DNA of 64,000 nucleotides. It comes from Clostridia bacterium (GTDB lineage: Bacteria > Bacillota > Clostridia > TANB77 > CAG-508). Every line of letters starts with the position of its first letter. Position 1 is the first letter of the stretch. This document shows positions 9,337-18,505 of the stretch, one piece after another. The notes under the pieces were generated by a model. The model did not search any database, was not told where the DNA came from, and saw only the letters and a program-made list of their open reading frames with translations. The stretch covers positions 81 to 64,080 of the forward strand of contig JAAWAX010000014.1 in the NCBI GenBank assembly GCA_022792395.1. Direction: 5' to 3'. A program made the translations under genes and the position numbers.

Positions 9337-9847
9337 TTAAACAGTTATAAGACTTTGAGATAATGGTTGGTAGTTTTTTAAATCCACACCATTTATATTT
9401 GCTTTCCAACCGACTTGGAAAAGGAATACTAGAAAATTGATTAGCAATATGTAATGCTTTCTGATAGTTAGGAGAACTTACTGCCAAATTGCCAGTTACT
9501 AAATCGACACCATCTGGATTTACCATAGGCATAATATAAATAGAAGTAGAATTAAAAAGATTACGAACAGAATAGCCATAAAGATTAGAACCATTAACAT
9601 AGGATATACAGTAATCTTCTATAAATTTCATTAAAATAGGAGAGGTAATCCATTCATTGGCATGGATAGAAGCGGAATAAAATACTTTTTTTGGTCCGCG
9701 ACCTAATTTAATAACATAGATAGGATTTCCTAAAACACTATTTCCAACAGTTTGAAGATTTAAAAAAGGATATGTTCTTAATAATATATTTAGATTTTGT
9801 CTTAATGTATTAGAACCATATGGAATATTAGTATAAACAATAGACAT
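9337..9847 (-). pseudogene. 5' fragment of an M14 zinc carboxypeptidase / gamma-D-glutamyl-diamino-acid endopeptidase gene, truncated by the inserted element; also has a +1 break at CGG 9412
   Basis: HxxE zinc motif SIHANEW. After CGG (9412-9410) the +1 frame reads G-WKANINGVDLKNYQP, which is the conserved M14 motif. The reading ends at the junction with the recombinase gene. Confidence 0.7.
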
Positions 9848-10003
9848 TATAATCAACCTTTCAATTAGTATTAATATAATATATGTAAGACAAAAAATAT
9901 GTTGATAACTAATTTTAAAGAATTTGTTCAGATTATTGACAACAATATGGTAAAACGATAAAATAAAAATGGAAAGATAGTAAGATTTACTAATTATTAT
10001 ATC

Positions 10004-10032
10004 TTGTTAAGGATAGCAATATATGGTATAAT
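10004..10032 (+). promoter_or_regulatory. Probable ssrA promoter
   Basis: TTGTTA (10004-09), 17-nt spacer, TATAAT (10027-32), 12 nt upstream of the mature 5' end. Confidence 0.5.
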
Positions 10033-10044
10033 AAATAAGTACAT

Positions 10045-10403
10045 GGGGATGTAATGGTCTCGACATATTACTAGAAGGATAGATAGCAAGTAGTGGATGT
10101 TCGCTTCGGCCACTTAAAAAAAGCGAAAAATAAATATAAACGCTGATAATACAGAATTAGCATTAGCTGCCTAAATGTGGCTACGCTTTGCTTAAATCAC
10201 CCACGGATTTTAGTTAAAGTGTCATAAACTTGTGGGAAACAAATCTACTTTTGCTTTTAAGGTAGAGGGTATTTTAAAAAGCTATATTTTATTCTAACTT
10301 GTTTATCGGTGAGAGTAAAAAGAATTTAAAAGATAAACTAAACTTGTAGAAGTCTATTTGGAAAGTATTATGGACAGGAGTTCGATTCTCCTCATCTCCA
10401 CCA
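10045..10403 (+). ncRNA. ssrA: tmRNA
   Basis: 5' GGGGATG pairs with 3' CATCTCC-ACCA, including the G3-U70 wobble. The T-arm is GGAG-TTCGATT-CTCC. The tag reading frame at 10142-10174 is GCT GAT AAT ACA GAA TTA GCA TTA GCT GCC TAA (..ADNTELALAA). Confidence 0.9.
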
Positions 10404-10407
10404 AAAA
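10388..10407 (+). repeat. attL-type direct repeat (3' end of ssrA)
   Basis: CTCCTCATCTCCaCCAAAAA recurs at 28478-28497 with one mismatch. Confidence 0.7.
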
Positions 10408-10520
10408 TAAAATGCATATATATTAATAAAAATATTTCAATATAGCAATCACATTATATTTTCTCTTTATAATAAATCGTATAGAATTTTTGAATTTATT
10501 TCATTATTTACATTTAGTAA

Positions 10521-10754
10521 CTATCTGAATGATTTTAATAATTCTTCTGTGTCGATATACTCAACTTTATCTTTGTTATTTTCATAGTAAATATCTAACA
10601 TTTCTGATAATTTAGTAGTTGATAATTTTGAAGCATCAATAGATGATTTATCCTTTAGCTTGTTAGTAATAAAAAAGATAATAAATCCCAGAACCAATAA
10701 AAATATAATGATAGACAATAATAAAATGATGATATTTTTCTTGTCTTTAAGCAT
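10521..10754 (-). CDS. Small single-pass membrane protein at the prophage end
   Basis: N-terminal TM IIILLLSIIIFLLVLGFIIFFI. Co-oriented with the repressor gene. Confidence 0.5.
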   Translation of the reverse strand: MLKDKKNIIILLLSIIIFLLVLGFIIFFITNKLKDKSSIDASKLSTTKLSEMLDIYYENNKDKVEYIDTEELLKSFR

Positions 10755-10769
10755 AAGAAATTCTTCCTT

Positions 10770-11105
10770 TTATTTCTTTTTATTATCTTTTAAAATTGTT
10801 TCTATAATAACTTTAATCTGTTCTTTTTGTGTTTCTGTTGGTGGTGTGTAGTTGTTTATATCAAAACCGATTTGAGCTAGTCCTAATGGATCATTAGGTT
10901 CTTGTGGATTTCTTATATCTGTTTTGAATAAAATATAATCTATACTACAATTAAATATTTCAGATAATTTAACTAAAACTTCTAAACTGGGTTTTCTGTC
11001 TTCTTTTTCATACATTGCAATACTACTAATTGCACAGTTGAGTTTATTTGCCAAATGTTCTTGAGTCCATCTATTTTCTTCTCGAAGTTGTTTAATTCTA
11101 TTCAT
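10770..11105 (-). CDS. XRE-family HTH repressor (CI-like)
   Basis: HTH RWTQEHLANKLNCAISSIAMYEKEDRKPS. Divergent from a Cro-like gene across an operator-rich spacer. Confidence 0.75.
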   Translation of the reverse strand: MNRIKQLREENRWTQEHLANKLNCAISSIAMYEKEDRKPSLEVLVKLSEIFNCSIDYILFKTDIRNPQEPNDPLGLAQIGFDINNYTPPTETQKEQIKVIIETILKDNKKK

Positions 11106-11142
11106 AAAATCAATTCCTTTTTGTTATTTTTTATATATTATA

Positions 11143-11277
11143 CACTCAAAGTGCAAAAAAGTAAATATTTTTTGAAAAAATTTTACTTACAGTATCAATG
11201 AATACAACACTAAAAGTAAAAAATAAACAAATAAATTCACTAAAAGTGTTGACAAGAGAAAAATAATAATATATACT
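11143..11277. promoter_or_regulatory. Immunity switch: three CACTnAAAGT(G/A) operators plus the rightward promoter
   Basis: Operators are cactcaaagtg (11143-53), cactaaaagta (11208-18) and cactaaaagtg (11238-48), with a fourth copy at 11505-15. The promoter is TTGACA (11249-54), 17 nt, TATACT (11272-77). Confidence 0.6.
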
Positions 11278-11304
11278 GTAAGTGAAAAAAGAAAGGAGGA
11301 ATAT

Positions 11305-11499
11305 ATGGAAAGAGAAAATCTAAAAAAATATAGAATTTCATTAAAAAAATCACAGAACGAAATGGCTAATCTTTTAGGAATAACCTTATCTTTTTACAGC
11401 AAAATAGAATTAGGTTTGAAAAATCCTAGTTTAAATACAATAAAAAGATTTAAAGAAATTTTTCCGAATGCAGATGTTGAAAAATTTTTTTTAAGCTAA
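11305..11499 (+). CDS. Cro-like XRE HTH protein
   Basis: SD aaggagg. HTH KKSQNEMANLLGITLSFYSKIELG. Confidence 0.7.
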   Translation: MERENLKKYRISLKKSQNEMANLLGITLSFYSKIELGLKNPSLNTIKRFKEIFPNADVEKFFLS

Positions 11500-11623
11500 C
11501 GATTCACTTAAAGTGAAAAATGGATTAGGATTATTTGAGGAAGAGAAAAGAGAAGTGCTTAAGGAATTGGCAAGTAAGATACTTCAAAAGAAGGTTAAAA
11601 CAAAAGATTAAGGAGATGAAAAG

Positions 11624-11923
11624 ATGTTTAAAAGATTAGAATTAATAATAAAAAACAGACAATTACAAACAGAAAATGAAGAACTTTATGAAGAAAATAA
11701 ACAAAATAGAGAAGACATAGAAGATTTAGAAATACAAAAAGTACATGCTAAATTATTTGCAGAATACACAATGTCAAAATTAATTGAATTAGAAAAAATA
11801 GATAGAAGCGGAATTTCAGAAGAATCAAAAAGAAAACAAAGAAATGTAATTTTTAACAATTTAAGAAAAGAAAACATAAACATAATAAATGAGCTATCTA
11901 ACAAACTTGGAAACGATAGATAA
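11624..11923 (+). CDS. Coiled-coil early protein, paralogue of 34679-34987
   Basis: The C-terminal ~50 aa is nearly identical to the prophage-2 copy (..DRSG.SEESKRKQRNVIFN.LRK.NINIINELSNKLGNDR). Confidence 0.6.
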   Translation: MFKRLELIIKNRQLQTENEELYEENKQNREDIEDLEIQKVHAKLFAEYTMSKLIELEKIDRSGISEESKRKQRNVIFNNLRKENINIINELSNKLGNDR

Positions 11924-12021
11924 CTCAAAAAAATACATATATAAATATATGATTTCTACTTAATTATACATGGAACTGTTAATTGTGTCAAATAAAAAGA
12001 CCCCATTAAAATGGGGAGAAC

Positions 12022-12168
12022 TTAATCCATGTCATCAGGATCATCAGAAACAAGATTATACTTAACTAAAAGCGCTATAGCTTCATCCTGAGTGTAGCCT
12101 TGCTCTTCAGCACGTTTTATCAGGTCAATAAGTGTTTCTCTTGCTGGGCATAATATAGTGTTGTTCAT
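12022..12168 (-). CDS. 48-aa acidic protein on the opposite strand (own SD, operator-like palindrome upstream, terminator downstream)
   Basis: ATG 12168 is preceded by aaggaag. The product is MNNTILCPARETLIDLIKRAEEQGYTQDEAIALLVKYNLVSDDPDDMD. The region is GC-richer than its surroundings. A ccccatt/aatgggg hairpin follows the stop. Confidence 0.45.
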   Translation of the reverse strand: MNNTILCPARETLIDLIKRAEEQGYTQDEAIALLVKYNLVSDDPDDMD

Positions 12169-12193
12169 AGATATCTTCCTTTCAGTAGGTGGC

Positions 12194-12216
12194 GACAAAA
12201 TAAATTTTATTTTGTC
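12194..12216. promoter_or_regulatory. Perfect 11+1+11 palindrome (operator candidate)
   Basis: gacaaaataaa-t-tttattttgtc lies between a minus-strand TATAAT-like box and the SD of the 48-aa gene. Confidence 0.5.
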
Positions 12217-12453
12217 TAAAGTATTAGAGTTTCTAATTATATTATAGCATAATCAACCTAAAAATGCAAAAACTACTTCTAAAGTGATGTAGTTATGCAA
12301 GAAAAAGAAATGAAAAGACACAGAACATTAGAACAAGTAACAGAAAATTAAAATTATAAATTAGCACACAGTAGGATAGTAGATGATTTAAATGAGTTAC
12401 TAGATATAGAACATTATGTCAGTATATATAAAAAATAAATAAGGAGGGTACAA

Positions 12454-12862
12454 ATGACAGAGAAAGAAGCTAAAAAAGAATTATACTCATATTTACATAG
12501 TAAAAAGATAGAAGAAAGAAAATTAGAACAGATAGAGGAAACAAAAACAAAACTAGAGAATATAACAACAGTATTAGATGGATTACCGAAGCGGAACTCC
12601 AGAAAATGATAAAATGGGAAAAAATATAGCAAGATTAGAAGAGTTAGTTTCTGAACATATTAATATAATGCAAGAGGAAGAAGAAAACCTAATAAGAATT
12701 ACTAAAAAAATAGAAAAGGTAGAACAACCCTTTAAGAATATACTAGAATTAAGATTTATTGAAGGTTTAAAAATAGAAGAAGTATCAATAGAAATAGATA
12801 AGGAATATAGATACACAAAAAAATTAATAAAAAAATCCATATTAAAATATGCAGAATTATAA
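12454..12862 (+). CDS. Phage late-gene activator (sigma-r4 / ArpU-like); needs a +1 shift at the in-frame CGG at 12592
   Basis: Strong SD aaggaggg before ATG 12454. Reading 12454-12591 then 12593-12862 gives ..VLDGLPK-G-TPENDKMGKN..ILELRFIEGLKIEEVSIEIDK. The paralogue at 43017-43499 has YGMPKAKNN at the same place. Confidence 0.65.
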
Positions 12863-12958
12863 AAAAGACACCTTTTTTACCTTTTAAGACACCATAAAAA
12901 GATGATATATATATAATAGATAAGATTTTTTAGTATACTTAAAAATGAGGTGCAACTT

Positions 12959-13156
12959 ATGGAAACCATATACGAAACATACACAAGAACATTATGTAGT
13001 AATTGTAAAAATAAGAAATATTGCAAAGAAGAATTAAGAAGAAAAATAGACAACACAATGAAATGTGACAAGTACATAAAAGATAAAAATATACAAGGAT
13101 ATAAAAAAATTGAAGGAAGATTAGCAAATCAAGAAAAGCCGATAATGAGAATGTAA
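12959..13156 (+). CDS. Small Cys-rich protein (paralogue of 44821-45018)
   Basis: METIYETYTR.LCSNCKNK...IQGYKK.EGRLANQ.KPIMR is shared with prophage 2, where the same gene precedes the terminase genes. Confidence 0.6.
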   Translation: METIYETYTRTLCSNCKNKKYCKEELRRKIDNTMKCDKYIKDKNIQGYKKIEGRLANQEKPIMRM

Positions 13157-13174
13157 GAATTTAATAGATAAAAA

Positions 13175-13203
13175 AAGAACAAGTGTAATTGTTCTTTTTT
13201 TGA
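13175..13203. terminator. Bidirectional hairpin terminator
   Basis: Stem aagaacaa/ttgttctt flanked by an A-run and a T-run, between convergent genes. Confidence 0.55.
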
Positions 13204-13211
13204 TAGAAATT

Positions 13212-13451
13212 TTAAAGATTATTAACTTTTAATTCTTTAGATAATTTGAAGCTATTATTAGTAAGAGTATCATCTAACAAATTAACAATTGGAATTAATT
13301 CTTTTCTATCTGGTAATATGTGATAAGTTGCATAATTAGAAGCTTCTTCTCTAAAAACAGTAATGTTAATATTACCAACTTCTGTTAAGTTTAGACCATC
13401 TAGCATTTTGCTATTTCTTACAGTATTAAAATTAATAACATTGTCTGCCAT
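13212..13451 (-). CDS. 79-aa hypothetical protein, opposite strand
   Basis: ATG 13451 with SD aagaggtg. No recognisable motif. Confidence 0.45.
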   Translation of the reverse strand: MADNVINFNTVRNSKMLDGLNLTEVGNINITVFREEASNYATYHILPDRKELIPIVNLLDDTLTNNSFKLSKELKVNNL

Positions 13452-13559
13452 AAAAACACCTCTTTCTTCTTTTGTAGATTATTGTAAAAGAATACAACGA
13501 ATAAAAGTATAACAGAAATAAAGTGATAAGTATGTCGAAAATTGTAAGGTTAATAAAAA

Positions 13560-14215
13560 AATATGAAAAGAGGTGATAAAATGTCAAAGCATAAAAAAAG
13601 ACCTAAATTAGAGCATTTATATGGATAATTGAAAGATGTCTAGAAAATGAAATAGAAAAAAGCATGAAAGAATTAGAAAATATAAAATCGTTATTAAAAT
13701 TTTATAATATAGATAAAAGCCGAAGTACAAGGTTTTTTATGCCGTTTTTTTTGTGGTTAGGCTAAAAAAATAAACAAAATCTATTTAGTAACAATAGGAA
13801 GGAAGCATATCTAAGTTCATATGAAGATATTATAGATAAATTACGTAATAATATTATAAAGGATGGGTTAAGGAGGTTAGGTAATGTTATTACGATATTT
13901 AACAAAAGCATGGGTCTGAATATGAAGAAATGAATGAACACGGTAAGGTAATGGAATATCATTAATAGATATTTCAGATAAATAAGATTTTATAACAAAT
14001 TACAAGTAACAGATTGGAGAAATACAATGGGAATTAGTTTTAAATGTAAAATAAAAGGAATTGATAAACTAGAAAAAAGGCTGAATAAAATTGCTAAAGA
14101 ATCAACAAAAAAGTAGAAGAAATCATATTATGGCAGATGCCGAATTTAAAACAAGAGAAAATAATAAAGAAATAGTACAAAAGCAAATTATTGAAATGTT
14201 AAAGGAGGTTTGTAA
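13560..14215 (+). other. Region of short ORF fragments where the packaging/head module would be expected
   Basis: Only 11-45 aa reading frames are present. One example is 14027-14116, MGISFKCKIKGIDKLEKRLNKIAKESTKK, which resembles an HK97-gp10-type N-terminus. The syntenic interval in prophage 2 is about 8 kb of terminase-to-connector genes. Confidence 0.35.
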
Positions 14216-14620
14216 ATGAATGATTTTACAACAAAAGATATGTCGGACTTGCTATATGACATATTATCTAAAATAAAAGACAATGAAAACGAAAATACAA
14301 CAGTAGTATTACAAACACCAACGACAGAGAGTAGTTTTCCTTGCCGTGTTATTGATTCTCCAATTGAAAGTGTAATCAAAACAGAAAATGCAATTCCAGT
14401 ACGAAAAACTTTTCAGATATCGATAGAGCATTGGGATACTGAACAAAGAGAAGTAATGGAAATGGCAAATAAAACTGATTTAGCATTAAGAGAAAAAAAT
14501 CTTATTAGGATAAACACAAATCCAATATTATTGGATGAAATAACAAAAAAATATAATTTAATAAGCACATATGAAGTTAGATATAATGCAATTACTAACT
14601 CATTAGAATTTATAAGATAA
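14216..14620 (+). CDS. Tail completion/terminator-like protein
   Basis: 134 aa, immediately upstream of the major tail protein gene. Confidence 0.45.
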   Translation: MNDFTTKDMSDLLYDILSKIKDNENENTTVVLQTPTTESSFPCRVIDSPIESVIKTENAIPVRKTFQISIEHWDTEQREVMEMANKTDLALREKNLIRINTNPILLDEITKKYNLISTYEVRYNAITNSLEFIR

Positions 14621-14637
14621 GAAAGGAATGATTTAAT

Positions 14638-15084
14638 ATGGCAGTAGAACCAAAAACAAGTACATTAACAAAAGTATATTATGCAGATACAAAGGAGGGA
14701 GAAAGAACACAAATTGCTTATGTACAAAGCATACCAGAATTTTTAACTCCACCAGAAGCAATTACATGGAGTGCATTAGATATAGATGATGAAAGACAAG
14801 CTCCAGGAAGAAAAAAGGCAGAAAGCATGGAAATAGAGTTCTTATTTACACAAGAACAATATCAAAAACTAAAAGAATTACAAACAGCAAACAAAAACGT
14901 ATATTGGTTTATTCAATTACCAGCAGAGACAGCAGAAACAGCAGGAAAACCACTTACATGGAATTTCCAAGCAACATGTTATGTAGGAATGTCAGAGATT
15001 GCTGTGGATGATATGTTAAAATCTAAAATAACATTATATAGAAATACAGAGATTGAAGAAACAGAAGGATTTCCTACAGTCTAG
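14638..15084 (+). CDS. Major tail protein (siphovirus type)
   Basis: 148 aa with a strong SD. It is followed by a chaperone pair with a -1 slippery site and then the tape-measure gene. Confidence 0.55.
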   Translation: MAVEPKTSTLTKVYYADTKEGERTQIAYVQSIPEFLTPPEAITWSALDIDDERQAPGRKKAESMEIEFLFTQEQYQKLKELQTANKNVYWFIQLPAETAETAGKPLTWNFQATCYVGMSEIAVDDMLKSKITLYRNTEIEETEGFPTV

Positions 15085-15196
15085 TTCTATTAAGAGTGCT
15101 AAAAGTAGAACGAGAAAAATAGTTAGCACAAAAAATATGAAAGAAAATTTAGAGGAGGTTTAATCCTCCTCTCTTTTGCAAAGGAGAGAAAGAAAA

Positions 15197-15646
15197 ATGA
15201 TATTAGAAACAAAAAACAAAACAATAAAATTAGTATTAAAAACAAGGAAGATAGTCGATATTTCAAATGTTTTAAAAAGTAAAAATTTTGAGGAAGTGTT
15301 TACAAAGGCATATGCTATTTGTGATTTAGATGCTTTAACAAAAATATTATATATTTTATCAGAAGATGAGAATGGAAAAAATGTATTTACAAGTTCAGAA
15401 GAAGTCTATGACTTTTTGGATGATTACAGAAAAGAAAGTAAATCTACTTTTGTAGAAATTTATAAAAAGATTGCCGAGGAATTAAATAATGAGGGTTTTT
15501 TCAAAAACAAGAAAACCAAGAAGGAACTAGAAGAAATGATTTCAAATCCTTTATCAACAATCAATATGAACGAATTAATGCAGAAATCAACAGAGAAAGC
15601 GATGAGCAAGATAGCAGAGGAACAATTTCAAGGTTACAAGGAATAG
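15197..15646 (+). CDS. Tail assembly chaperone (G-like)
   Basis: Acidic 149-aa protein between the major tail and tape-measure genes. It contains T_TTT_TTC in the correct phase. Confidence 0.6.
   Translation: MILETKNKTIKLVLKTRKIVDISNVLKSKNFEEVFTKAYAICDLDALTKILYILSEDENGKNVFTSSEEVYDFLDDYRKESKSTFVEIYKKIAEELNNEGFFKNKKTKKELEEMISNPLSTINMNELMQKSTEKAMSKIAEEQFQGYKE
15496..15502 (+). promoter_or_regulatory. Programmed -1 frameshift heptamer T_TTT_TTC (G/GT chaperone)
   Basis: The zero frame reads ggT TTT TTC. The -1 frame is open from 15493 through 16008 and runs into ORF 15730-16008. Confidence 0.6.
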
Positions 15647-15729
15647 ATGATATTGTAAATAAAATAAAAGAGGCTAATAATTTAATAGAATTACTACATG
15701 CAACAGAGCCTCTTTGCTATTATTTTGAC

Positions 15730-16008
15730 ATGAAGCCACAAGAATTTTGGAATAGTACTTATAGAGAAATTAATATTTACATTCAAACTCACTTAATTAA
15801 AATTACTGATAATCTAAAGCGTGAAATCAATCTTCAAGAAGCGGTTACGAATAAATTAATAAGAGCTGATAGTATGAGTAAAAAGCCTAAAATAGTGCCA
15901 ATACGAGATAGTTACAAAGATTTGTTTAAGGAAGAAGAACAACGCATCATGTCTCCTAAAGAAATAAAAAGAAGAATGCGTGAAGTTATGATACAAGAAA
16001 AAAATTGA
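15730..16008 (+). CDS. T-segment of the tail chaperone (probably expressed as a G-T fusion spanning 15197-16008)
   Basis: It has no convincing SD of its own. Its frame is continuous with the -1 frame of the G gene. Confidence 0.5.
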   Translation: MKPQEFWNSTYREINIYIQTHLIKITDNLKREINLQEAVTNKLIRADSMSKKPKIVPIRDSYKDLFKEEEQRIMSPKEIKRRMREVMIQEKN

Positions 16009-16160
16009 TATTTTTTATATTTTTGATAAATTTCGATACATATTATTTTTTTTGTGTTAAAATATATAAAAAGATATTACAACTAATGTTATAAAATTAA
16101 ACAAAAAATAGAAAATAATATCGAAAAAAGTGCTATTATAGTATATTGGAGGAGATTGTT

Positions 16161-16922
16161 ATGGAAAAACATTCAGATAAAAAGAAGAAGCCATTTTATA
16201 AAAGATGGTGGTTTATAGTATTGTCAATAATAATAGCATTTCCAATAGTGATTTTTGAGATAGCTTGTATAATAGTTATACCACCAATATTATTGCTCCA
16301 AATATTTTTAGGTATAACGATATACTATTTTATTAGAAGTATGAAAAAGCAAAAAAAAGAAAAAGAAGAAGAAAAACAGAAAGAATTAAATTTATATAGA
16401 CAGGAATATAAAAAAATTTGCCAAGGTTTTTTTGTTAATGACAAAGAACATAAATTAAATATTTTAGGGACTGAATATGGATTTTCACAGATAATTGACT
16501 GTGAGTTAATAGAAGATGGAACATCAATTTCACAGACATTTGGAAAAGCAGAATTAAAATATACGACAACACAAGTAAAAATATGTACAAAATTATTTGT
16601 AAATATAACAACGAATGATTTTGAAAATCCGAGAATTATATTTGACTGTAAATATGGAAGGAATATACAAAAAAATAGTAAAGCATATAAGGAAGCTTTA
16701 AATAATGCACAAAATATTATATCAGTATTAAAAATTGTTATATCTCAAAACAATGAAAAATATATCGAAACAGGAACTGTAACAAAAATAGAACATAGAT
16801 ATATTAGTGAAGAAACCGTACAAGACCAAATAAAAAAATTGTCAGAACTATATAAAGATGGAGTATTGACAGAGTATGAATATAGCATAAAAAAACAAGA
16901 ATTATTAGAAAAAATAAAATAA
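16161..16922 (+). CDS. Membrane protein with a C-terminal SHOCT domain (accessory/moron)
   Basis: SD ggaggag. Two TM helices. The C-terminus LSELYKDGVLTEYEYSIKKQELLEKI is a SHOCT-type motif. Confidence 0.55.
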   Translation: MEKHSDKKKKPFYKRWWFIVLSIIIAFPIVIFEIACIIVIPPILLLQIFLGITIYYFIRSMKKQKKEKEEEKQKELNLYRQEYKKICQGFFVNDKEHKLNILGTEYGFSQIIDCELIEDGTSISQTFGKAELKYTTTQVKICTKLFVNITTNDFENPRIIFDCKYGRNIQKNSKAYKEALNNAQNIISVLKIVISQNNEKYIETGTVTKIEHRYISEETVQDQIKKLSELYKDGVLTEYEYSIKKQELLEKIK

Positions 16923-17107
16923 TAATGTTGTATTATTAGTTAGAAAAAAATGGCAAAAAATAAAAAAAATTTTAAATTTTCGACAAGTTTCGACATATGG
17001 TGTACTTTTTATATGATAAAATGCGTAAAAAGATATTAATGCAAACTCGACAAAATATGTCGAATGAAAGTATTATAGTCTTACAAAATAAAAGGAGGAA
17101 TTTTATC

Positions 17108-17503
17108 ATGGAAAATCACGGAAAGGGCGAAAAGAAACCAGTTTATAAAAAATGGTGGTTCTGGTTAATTATAATTATTATAATCATAATGATTTCAATG
17201 GGAGGAAAAGGAAATAATACTGAAAATCAAACAACGGATACAAGTACAACAGCTACAGATGAAAAGCAAGATACAAAAATAACATTAGAAAAATTCGAAA
17301 AAATTGAAACAGGTATGTCTTATGAACAAGTAGTAGAAATAATTGGAGAAGAAGGAAGTACGATTTCTGAAACTAATATAACTAATGATGAAAAATATCA
17401 TACAATAATGTACAGTTGGAAAGCCAAAAATGGAATTGCTAATGCAAATGTAACTTTTCAAGGTAACAAAGTTATTTCAAAAGCACAAGTTGGATTAAAG
17501 TAA
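17108..17503 (+). CDS. Membrane-anchored DUF3862-like small protein (accessory/moron)
   Basis: SD aaggagg before ATG 17108. TM WWFWLIIIIIIIMISM. The C-terminal domain ..ITLEKFEKIETGMSYEQVVEIIGEEG..MYSWK resembles DUF3862. Confidence 0.5.
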   Translation: MENHGKGEKKPVYKKWWFWLIIIIIIIMISMGGKGNNTENQTTDTSTTATDEKQDTKITLEKFEKIETGMSYEQVVEIIGEEGSTISETNITNDEKYHTIMYSWKAKNGIANANVTFQGNKVISKAQVGLK

Positions 17504-17590
17504 GAGATGGATTTTTGGGAATAGGATTATTTATAGATTTCTTTTCTTTATTATTTAAGTCTAATCCATATTACGTATAAATTAAATAAG

Positions 17591-17620
17591 CACTTACAGA
17601 AAAATGTAGGTGTTTTTATT
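17591..17620 (+). terminator. Cassette terminator (family cacttaca..tgtaggtg + T-run)
   Basis: 8-bp stem and T5. Near-identical copies lie at 18332-18356 and 57861-57883. Confidence 0.6.
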
Positions 17621-17708
17621 TTCATGAAATATAGAGAAAATATACAAACTTGCAACATTTGACAACTTTTTTGCTTTTAAGATATAATAAATTTAGGAGG
17701 AGATTATT

Positions 17709-18275
17709 ATGACAATTGAAGAAGCTATCGAAAGAAGTGGAACAAAAAATATTTTAGCAAAAGGTTCAACGAAAAAAGCTCAAAGTCTTATAAGAGAAAA
17801 TGAAGAAGTACTATATGCCATAAATACAAATGTATCAGTTATAGATAATAAAAAAACAGTAATAAACAATACAAAGGGAATGTTCTCGTTAAAAAATTCA
17901 TTAAATGGAGTTGTAGTTATTACTAATGCAAGGATTATATTTTGTAGTTCAATTATAGGAAATACTAATATAAAACAAATATTAATAAAAGATATAACTT
18001 CAATTGATGAAAGTATAAATGGATTAACAAAAATGGGACAATTGAGAGTGCAAGGAATTACAGATACATTTTTAATCAATATATATAAATCTAATATTAG
18101 TAATGAATTAAAAGAATCTATATATGAAGCACAAAATATGCAAAATCAAATAAATACAGCAACTAGCAATAATAATTCTAGTGCAGATGAAATACTAAAA
18201 TTTAAACAGTTATTAGATCAAGGAATAATTACAAACCAAGAGTTTGAAAAGAAGAAAGAAGATTTATTAAAGTAA
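17709..18275 (+). CDS. Bacterial PH-like domain + SHOCT protein (accessory/moron)
   Basis: SD aggagg. The central region GVVVITNARIIFCSS..GQLRVQG looks like bPH/YokE. The C-terminus ADEILKFKQLLDQGIITNQEFEKKKEDLL is SHOCT-like. Confidence 0.5.
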   Translation: MTIEEAIERSGTKNILAKGSTKKAQSLIRENEEVLYAINTNVSVIDNKKTVINNTKGMFSLKNSLNGVVVITNARIIFCSSIIGNTNIKQILIKDITSIDESINGLTKMGQLRVQGITDTFLINIYKSNISNELKESIYEAQNMQNQINTATSNNNSSADEILKFKQLLDQGIITNQEFEKKKEDLLK

Positions 18276-18331
18276 TAGGAAAAGAAACAAGATGAAAATG
18301 AAACAGAAAAATATATAATTTTATTTTTTAA

Positions 18332-18356
18332 CACTTACAGAAATGTAGGTGTTTTT
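18332..18356 (+). terminator. Cassette terminator
   Basis: cacttaca-gaaa-tgtaggtg + T5. Confidence 0.6.
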
Positions 18357-18364
18357 AATTTATA

Positions 18365-18432
18365 AAAAATGTAAAAAACTTGAAATTTTTTACAAAGTTT
18401 TACAGTAATCGACAAGAAGAAAGTATTATACT
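18365..18432 (+). promoter_or_regulatory. Conserved ~68-nt upstream element of accessory genes (copy A)
   Basis: AAAAATGTAAAAAAcTTGAAA...TTTACAAA.TTT..CA..AA.CGACAA.A.GAAAGT.TTATACT is about 85% identical by eye to 56762-56829. Confidence 0.5.
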
Positions 18433-18505
18433 TATTTATATTCTATTTTAGATAAAGTGGATTTTACAAAATAATAATTAATGAATAAATTGGAGGGGAT
18501 AAAAA

